The position numbers and the translations under genes were made by a program. This document shows, piece by piece, positions 58,201-64,000 of a DNA stretch of 64,000 bases; position 1 is the first letter of the stretch; each line of letters opens with the position of its first letter. The notes beneath the pieces were generated by a model that saw only the letters and a list, made by a program, of their open reading frames with translations, was not told the DNA's origin and made no database searches. The stretch is from an uncultured Gammaproteobacteria bacterium (lineage in GTDB: Bacteria > Patescibacteriota > Microgenomatia > Curtissbacterales > GWA2-41-24), in the NCBI GenBank assembly GCA_964492425.1, contig CAZBKB010000003.1, positions 6,682-70,681 on the forward strand. Reading direction: 5' to 3'.

Positions 58201-59994
58201 AAGAAGCTGGAATACAAATGCATGTAATCCATATTCTCTATAAAATTTCAGCGGGTTTCTCGTATGTACAAGATAGGTTTGCATGTAACCCTTAAGCCAG
58301 CGGGAACGCTGCCTGATCCAATTGCCAACCCTGCTATTTGCCTCTTCATACGTAGTAGAGTCAATAACAGCCGTTTTGTAACCTGCTTTGAAAAGCCTTA
58401 CGCCAAGGTCTGCATCCTCGGTAACATTAAAGGGGTCCCATCCTTCTAATTTTTTAAGTTCGTCAACCGGAAAATGGTTACTGGTTCCTCCAAGAGGAAT
58501 ATTGGTTTTAATGGATTGCAAACCCATAAGTACAACGTCAAACCAGAGGGAATATTCTGCTGTAAAAAGCCTGGTCAAAATGTTTTGATGGGCGTTGTGG
58601 TAGTTTAATTTCGCTTGAAGACACATCACATCCCGTGGTACTTTTGAGAAAGCTATGTACGCCTTTTTCAGCTGTTTTGGGTCCGGTACGTCCTCGGCAT
58701 CATAGACAACCAAAAGCTCTCCCCTCGCATGCCATAATCCCCAGTTACAAGCCTTGGGTTTTGTCTTTGGAAGAGAATCGGGAACAACAAGTGTACTTAC
58801 ATAAGATGGCAAATTACCCGCTTCGCACAACTCAATACTCTCACGGTCATCTTCCTCAAGAAGCAATATTGTATCCAGCTTGTCTTTTGGCCAATCCAGT
58901 TTATCAATTGCTCCTAAAAAATTAGGTAAAATTTCAGCCTCTTTATACAAAGGACAAAGTATTGTATATATTGGCAAATCAGATTCAACCAAAGCATCAA
59001 TTTCCTCATCAGTTACACTAATGGCAGACTCATGATGAAGGCTTCTTAAAATAAGAAAGAAGTTAAAAATTACATCAACAAAGTAAACAACGCTTAAAAC
59101 CCCAACGAATATTCCAAGTGTAAAAAGTACATTTTTGAAAAGACCATAAGACACCACACCAAACAAGAAAAATACAAATAATTTTTGCCAGGCAACAAAA
59201 TTTTCAAGAGCGCTTATATCGGATTTTAATATTGTATGTGTTATATATCTCTTTCCACCATACGCGACTCCCGCACCAATGTTTGTATCGCTCGCTTTGG
59301 GTTTAAAATAAACAGGTTCAATTCTTCTAAGCTTTAACAGCAGTGCATTTAGAAACAGTTCAACTGAGACTTTGCCAACATTAAGTTTAGATTTTCCAGC
59401 ATTTCTTTTTTTAAATTCAATATCATGGCTGCCGATAGTAAAACCGGCTTCTTTTGCCCTTTTCAAAAATTCAAGGTCAAATGTCCAAGCGCTTTTAGCC
59501 CTATAAGAGATAGTTTCTATCACCTCGCGCCTAAAAACCTTCAAACCGGATTGTACGTCGGCATTAATATCAAAAAATAGATTGGAAAATACGTTTTTAA
59601 AAGTTTTACTTAAAAAGGTTCTTAATTTACCGGTTTTATTTACTTTTCTGTTTGCAACAACAATATCGTAATCTTTTAATCTTTTTAACATTTCATAAAT
59701 CTCCCCGGGGTCATATTGTAAATCTGAGTCCAGAATTGCCAATATATCATATTTTGCGCTCAAAAATCCCTGAATTAGCGAATAAGCCTTACCCTTTTTG
59801 CCAGTTTTCCGAAATACGCGAATAGGGTGTAAACTTGAAAGCTCATTTAAAAACTCAAATGTACCATCCTCTGATTTATCATCAACAAAAATAATTTCAA
59901 ATTCCAAATAAGGTAATAAGGCCTCCTCAAGCCGCAAAATAAGAGGTTCAACGTTTTCCCTTTCGTTATATGTCGGAACAATGACACTAAGCAT
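55282..59994 (-). CDS. Four-module fusion: Dpm1-like GT2 + processive GT2 (QRSRW) + Wzx-like flippase + GT4
   Basis: VPTYNEREN/DDKSEDGT/DSDLQ; PLYKE/KPKACN/YDAED/GGTSN/TEDAD/QRSRW; multi-TM region FANFLNFIY..DLILAKHYL..AGRY; NWRD..AGGAE..GRL..K..EGWGISVVE; one uninterrupted 1570-aa ORF. Confidence 0.9.
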   Translation of the reverse strand: MLSVIVPTYNERENVEPLILRLEEALLPYLEFEIIFVDDKSEDGTFEFLNELSSLHPIRVFRKTGKKGKAYSLIQGFLSAKYDILAILDSDLQYDPGEIYEMLKRLKDYDIVVANRKVNKTGKLRTFLSKTFKNVFSNLFFDINADVQSGLKVFRREVIETISYRAKSAWTFDLEFLKRAKEAGFTIGSHDIEFKKRNAGKSKLNVGKVSVELFLNALLLKLRRIEPVYFKPKASDTNIGAGVAYGGKRYITHTILKSDISALENFVAWQKLFVFFLFGVVSYGLFKNVLFTLGIFVGVLSVVYFVDVIFNFFLILRSLHHESAISVTDEEIDALVESDLPIYTILCPLYKEAEILPNFLGAIDKLDWPKDKLDTILLLEEDDRESIELCEAGNLPSYVSTLVVPDSLPKTKPKACNWGLWHARGELLVVYDAEDVPDPKQLKKAYIAFSKVPRDVMCLQAKLNYHNAHQNILTRLFTAEYSLWFDVVLMGLQSIKTNIPLGGTSNHFPVDELKKLEGWDPFNVTEDADLGVRLFKAGYKTAVIDSTTYEEANSRVGNWIRQRSRWLKGYMQTYLVHTRNPLKFYREYGLHAFVFQLLLGGKIAFMFINPILWLVTLLYFPLFSIMGETVNKLYPAPVFYMAIISLVFGNFMYMYFFMIGCAKREQWSLVKYVFLIPLYWLLGSVAALVGLHQLIFKPHFWEKTQHGLNIKQTELSGTLSIWQNIKAVFGSQFEGVYSFLSLPRLKNNIPGLPKISGYLAGSGSFLVISTVFANFLNFIYNAYLTRAVSLESYALISLIGSFTFLTTILFVSLSRTVTHKTAFFLGKHKEVISEFWRQTRKKVFLLSCGVALVWIILSPFFSVYFRENSILPFILFSPVWLVGAVAAVDEGFIFGSHKYQAVGILLVVEAISRLMFTWFLVEMGFGRFVYVAIPISLVIAFCAGWIYASRLGKAKHKRIEDHLLFPSKFFITSILTKFWIVAFISLDLILAKHYLPNEEAGRYALLSIAAKSIFFIGSLFSQFITPIVSKEEGEGQKSKSTFNKIFALSSIGACGAYIAIGLFGHISAPILFGDKAHVIAQFLPLFGFAILLFTISTSLMLFHQTRKLNLFPAVGLALALFEIFMISIFHSNISQIVNGMFIVSISGFVVLLLMHIFEERVRVVSRNLEDLVLLFAPNKNKKALIYPNLRILIMNWRDLKHKWAGGAEIYAHEIAKNLVKQGHQVTIFCGNDGHNLRFEKIDGVNIIRRGGFYTVYIWAFLYYIFRFRKKFDLVIDCENGIPFFTPLYSNLPIIVLVHHVHQEVFRTQLAFPFNKIAQVLEGFLMPVAYRNKKLVTVSNSSKVDLEKLGFVNSIEVINPGVDNVNVNKYAKTQYPQLLYMGRLKPYKSIDTLIYSMIKIASVYPKARLIIAGEGESEDFLKRLVEKLGLVSSVEFMGRVDDELKWKLLSESWIFVQPSMLEGWGISVVEASSCSTAVIASSVAGLRDSVVHNYNGFLVEWGNVDSFSSSILSLISNEELRKRLERQGTLWASQFSWERSSTAFYNLILREVNSAKSPKFTENVALGGEKI

Positions 59995-60135
59995 GGCAAG
60001 CTAATTTTTAGGGATATTAAAAATCCCAACGGGCAGCGCAAATTAACGATTGAACATATTATCATATAGTAATCACGTTTACAAGTTAAATCCAAAATAT
60101 TAAATATCTTATAATTTTGAGGTGTAAGCTAAAAC

Positions 60136-62322
60136 TCAAGCTTTTTGAAGATCTGTTTTCCTGCGGAGAACAAAAGTTGCAAGCCCAAGAATAGCAAATG
60201 CAATTGCCATTCTAAGATAAATAGGCATACCAAAATCAAACGGGTCTCTTTCCGCCCTATATGTGGTTATAGATTGGACTTGGGTATCTGGCCCCTCACC
60301 TTCAACTGACCCGCCGCCAGCTTTTGAGAAGAAATTTTGATTTAAAATAGCAGCAACTTGAGCCGATAATCCTGAATCTCCTCCAGATGTTGAAAAACCA
60401 TCATCCGAAGAATTCGAAGAAGAATTTGAGCTAATCGCGCTGTTTGTTTGGGAACTTGAATTTCCTACATTTACTCCCCCGACTGCAGGAATTTGACCTG
60501 TAAATCCTGCCGGCACGAAATTACCAATCCAGGATCCAAATACGTTTACCAATGTCATCACAACTTTGCGGCCTGAGAAATTTGAGTTAATAAAGTTGAT
60601 CACATTCACTACAATATTAGCATCACCTGTTGTGATACTTGAATTTCCACCTGTATTCTTGCTTGCATCATTTCCACCAGTATTGGCATCGATATTAATA
60701 TTGTTAGTAATTGTCCCGTTATTATTTATATTTGTGTAATTTGTATTTGTATTGTTAATCTCTGAACTGTTAACAGAATCTGTCCCGTTATTTTGGTTCA
60801 TAGCAACCAACTGACCATTTTGATCTACAAAGAAAATTGAACCATCCGATGTATAGAAATAAGTGCCTGGTGCCGCCCCTAAAATCTGTCCCTGCCAATC
60901 TCCCGAAATGTCGTTTATGAATACAAAATAGATAGGTTCGCAGCTTCCGGCCGTTACGTTTACGTTGGCAATGTTGACAACGTTTGCATCAACATTGACA
61001 TCCCCCGTACTTATAGTGCTGAAACCTCCTGTATTGCCACTTGTACTGTTACCACCTGTACTTGCGTCTAGGTTAAGGTTATTTTCAACTGTGGTCTTAT
61101 TGGTTACATTGGACGTATCTGTGTTTGTGCTGTTAACTGTCGCGTTGTTTGTCGAATCGCTCCCGTTGCCTATATTGGTTGCTGTCATATCTTGGCTACA
61201 TTCACAGGAACAATCAGACGTGGGTCCTGTAATACCTGGCTGGACAATGTTTCCGACCATATCACCGAAGATGTTAACAACATTCATAGCACCATCTACA
61301 ACAGTATTTAGTGCGTTTACTACATTGGCAACTACATTAGCATCACCTGTATCGATGGTAGAATCACCACCAGTGTTTTTACTTGTCTTGTTATAACCGG
61401 TATTGGCATCTATATCGATATTATTTACGATATCCCCATTGTTATTGACCGTCTCCACATTTGTATTTGTATTATTAATTGTCGAATCATTTGTAGAATC
61501 TGAACCATTCCCTATATTTTGTGCAGCCAATGTTGAGGAGTCCAAAAGTATATCCCCATTATAGTTTCCGTTAACATCAAACTGATAAACTCCAAGGCTT
61601 ACTTCATTAGCATCTGTAATCACCGTAACAACAACATTTGCATCGCCTGTTATGATCTCGCTGTCTCCAACATTGCCTGATGCGTCGTTGTAGCCGGAAT
61701 TAGCATCGAAATCCAAGTTATTGTCAATATTTGCATTATTGTTAATGACTACGGCTGTATTATTGTTATTGTTTGCAGTTGCTGTATTGTCCGATCCCGA
61801 TCCGTTTGCACTGTTTGTGACGGTCGTATCGCCGACACAGGCACTACAATCGCCATCCGTAGAAATTGCAGTATTATTGGCGCTGGTTGTCAAAACGCCG
61901 TTGGCATTGGCGTCGCCGGTATTAATAGAAGTGTCTCCGACATTTCCGCCACCGTCTATTCCTCCGGTAGAATCAGTAGCACCGGGGTTCTGGCTTGCAA
62001 GCCAGGCCTGGTATTCCTGCCATCGCCTTTCTTTCTCGTCATCACTAATGTAATAGTCGGTTTTACTATCCCCGTCACGGTCATCTGGATCAACCACACT
62101 TGGGCCATCCCAACTGCTAACAGGTGTAGGCAAAGGTGACGCTACTATAGTTGGATCCGGACTTGAAGCCGGGCTCGGTTCCGGACTTGGTGAAGGCCCA
62201 GACTCAGAATCTGACGGCGCGTCTAGGCCTGGATCATTCCCTGCCATTACCACCATGGTCGGGTTCAAAACCAAGCTCAAAGACAGGAATATGGATATTA
62301 ATGTTTTTTTCAGTTTAATCAT
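60136..62322 (-). CDS. Secreted, C-terminally anchored Asn/Thr/Asp/Gly-rich repeat protein
   Basis: Signal peptide; 4-5 NG..S.N...NTGG.S.I.TGDAN units; CSAC and CSCEC linkers; C-terminal TM helix plus RRK. Confidence 0.8.
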   Translation of the reverse strand: MIKLKKTLISIFLSLSLVLNPTMVVMAGNDPGLDAPSDSESGPSPSPEPSPASSPDPTIVASPLPTPVSSWDGPSVVDPDDRDGDSKTDYYISDDEKERRWQEYQAWLASQNPGATDSTGGIDGGGNVGDTSINTGDANANGVLTTSANNTAISTDGDCSACVGDTTVTNSANGSGSDNTATANNNNNTAVVINNNANIDNNLDFDANSGYNDASGNVGDSEIITGDANVVVTVITDANEVSLGVYQFDVNGNYNGDILLDSSTLAAQNIGNGSDSTNDSTINNTNTNVETVNNNGDIVNNIDIDANTGYNKTSKNTGGDSTIDTGDANVVANVVNALNTVVDGAMNVVNIFGDMVGNIVQPGITGPTSDCSCECSQDMTATNIGNGSDSTNNATVNSTNTDTSNVTNKTTVENNLNLDASTGGNSTSGNTGGFSTISTGDVNVDANVVNIANVNVTAGSCEPIYFVFINDISGDWQGQILGAAPGTYFYTSDGSIFFVDQNGQLVAMNQNNGTDSVNSSEINNTNTNYTNINNNGTITNNINIDANTGGNDASKNTGGNSSITTGDANIVVNVINFINSNFSGRKVVMTLVNVFGSWIGNFVPAGFTGQIPAVGGVNVGNSSSQTNSAISSNSSSNSSDDGFSTSGGDSGLSAQVAAILNQNFFSKAGGGSVEGEGPDTQVQSITTYRAERDPFDFGMPIYLRMAIAFAILGLATFVLRRKTDLQKA

Positions 62323-62447
62323 TTTTTGTTTACTACTCTAAGCCTAAAAGGGCAAAGTCGCTATCTTTTATATTATTTATATTCTTCAAAATTTTCTTTT
62401 TCGTTAAATGTTACTGTTTATTGTTAACTGTTAACTTTTTCCATCTA

Positions 62448-62511
62448 TTCTTGGAGGCTACCCTTCAGCTTACCTAGGTGGTTCAACCTAATCAGGTAAA
62501 CCTCCAAGAAT
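62448..62511. terminator. Stem-loop between the two repeat-protein genes (terminator or processing/stability hairpin)
   Basis: TTCTTGGAGG...CCTCCAAGAA inverted repeat. Confidence 0.5.
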
Positions 62512-62525
62512 TCAGGAATTCTGCT

Positions 62526-63782
62526 TTAAGCAATTAATGCCAAAAGCAATAAGAGAACAGACATAGAACCACCCATTTCCGGAAGGTCAAAATCTACATC
62601 TCCAAGTACGTTAGAGTTTGCAGTGTTCTCTACTTCTACGTCTGCGTCTGCATCACCAGTGGTAACCGATGGATCACCACCATGGGTGTTGTCATTGACA
62701 TCGTTTTTACCGGTGTCCAAATCAACATCCACTTCGTTGCAGTCATTCTTGTGACCACGCCAGAACCATTCCTGGTATCCGCCTTTGCCACAATCATAAT
62801 CGTTTGTTTGGGTAATATACTTAACAGATGTCAAGTATGCCTTAACAGTATTGTCACTGTCAGAACCGTTACCCTTTACTAGAACGTCTAGGTCTTCAAG
62901 ACAACCACAACCTTCTAGCTCTGCTGCATTGAAGTTAGCCATATTACTGACATTAACGTCTGCATTTGCATCACCTGTGTCGATTGAAACATCGCCACCT
63001 GTGTTGTCATTTGCATCGTTTTTACCTGTATCGGCGTCTACGTCGACATCGTTAGAAATGTCAGCATAATTGGATTGGTTGATAGTGTTATTAGAAGTCA
63101 AATTAACTTTGACTGTATTGTCGCTATCAGAACCGTTTCCAGAAATTTCGACAGCTACTCCACCGCCGTTTCCGCCGGTAATAGCCGCCCAGTTTGCGTT
63201 TGCTTGGTTACTTACAGTAACGGTCGCATCTGCATCACCAGTTTCAACGGAAACATCACCACCCGTATTACCGTTTGCGTCGTTCTTGCCGGTGTCTAGA
63301 TCAACATCGACATCGTTATCGAACTCAGCATTGTTCGTCTGGGTGATGGAATTTGTGTTGTTAGACGTGAACTTTATTTTGTTCTCATCATTGTTTCCAT
63401 TGTCTGTTCCGTTACCCTTAATGGTTAAGGTAACGTCATCTGGACAACATCCGTCAACGCTAGCCTGGTTTGAATTAGCAGTGTTTGTAACACTTACTGT
63501 CGCATCAGCATCACCTGTGTCGATAGAAACATCGCCACCTGTGTTGTCGTTTGCGTCATTGTTACCAGTGTCAGCGTCTACATCTATGTTGTTGGAGATG
63601 TTAGCTGTATTGGTTTGGTTAACGGTAGTTGTGTTTGTTTGGTTAACTTCAACAGTGTTGTCGCTATCCGAACCGTTTCCAGAAATTTCAACTGTTGTTG
63701 CCGCAAGAGGCATAGCAAATGAGGAAACTACCAAAGCAGCTGTAGAAGCAGCAGTTGCAAGTTTTATTGCAATTTTGTTCAT
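62526..63782 (-). CDS. Secreted acidic repeat protein with four ~88-aa units and Cys linkers
   Basis: ATG at 63782 preceded by AGGAGGTG; units GNGSDSDN...QxN...DTGxNDANDNTGGDVSIxTGDA; ends LPEMG + hydrophobic tail. Confidence 0.85.
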   Translation of the reverse strand: MNKIAIKLATAASTAALVVSSFAMPLAATTVEISGNGSDSDNTVEVNQTNTTTVNQTNTANISNNIDVDADTGNNDANDNTGGDVSIDTGDADATVSVTNTANSNQASVDGCCPDDVTLTIKGNGTDNGNNDENKIKFTSNNTNSITQTNNAEFDNDVDVDLDTGKNDANGNTGGDVSVETGDADATVTVSNQANANWAAITGGNGGGVAVEISGNGSDSDNTVKVNLTSNNTINQSNYADISNDVDVDADTGKNDANDNTGGDVSIDTGDANADVNVSNMANFNAAELEGCGCLEDLDVLVKGNGSDSDNTVKAYLTSVKYITQTNDYDCGKGGYQEWFWRGHKNDCNEVDVDLDTGKNDVNDNTHGGDPSVTTGDADADVEVENTANSNVLGDVDFDLPEMGGSMSVLLLLLALIA

Positions 63783-64000
63783 ATTATTTTTCACCTCCTT
63801 TCATCCTTTGAAGCTTTAGCGAAAGAGGACTTCCTTGCTAAACTTCTTTAATTCCGTTAACTCTCCTCCAACACCTTATGCGAAAGAGAAAACGAAAACG
63901 GAGGCTCATCACCTAGACAATATTATCTAAGTAACGAACCTCCGTTTGCGGTCGGCTCTGTCGTCCGTAGCCTTAGCAAAGGACGACCGTTATTCAATTT

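Noticed and set aside
1-64000. Alternative genetic code (UGA recoded)
   Set aside because: Conserved genes translate full length under code 11, and TGA is used as a stop in ATGA overlaps

Overview
This looks like a 64 kb chromosomal segment of a small-genome, probably monoderm bacterium, most likely Patescibacteria/CPR (Microgenomates-like). The taxonomy is inferred from gene content: type IV pilins, a sortase, a PaaX-like regulator, an RRM protein, extended L1 and L7/L12, and many near-leaderless genes. The standard code 11 is used. Housekeeping content: tRNA-Trp, tRNA-Arg, tRNA-Pro, an Xaa-Pro peptidase, galU, galT, PMM/PGM, a WecB/TagA glycosyltransferase, mreB, and the secE-nusG-rplK-rplA-rplJ-rplL cluster, which is interrupted twice. 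Two candidate undescribed systems stand out. (1) A three-gene operon between rplA and rplJ (9607-15230) encodes two paralogous multi-winged-helix proteins and a MORC/GHKL-type ATPase; its predicted promoter has a C10 tract between the -35 and -10 boxes (possible phase variation). (2) A ~21 kb minus-strand surface-matrix locus (42874-63794) combines three Asn/Thr/Asp/Gly-rich repeat proteins with Cys-rich linkers, a 1570-aa four-module fusion (Dpm1-like GT2 + processive QRxRW GT2 + Wzx-like flippase + GT4), nucleotide-sugar enzymes, a GT-C glycosyltransferase, a putative glycoside hydrolase, a GSDH-PKD-4xPA14 protein and a sortase substrate. Also present: paralogous modular adhesins, a surface protein with a Chloroflexota-type C-terminal domain, a pilin with a duplicated processing motif, a PIN toxin gene truncated by a second pilin tail, and dispersed palindromic and heptamer repeats. 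No CRISPR array, integrase, transposase or rRNA was seen. All protein family calls come from motif recognition by eye, not from database searches.
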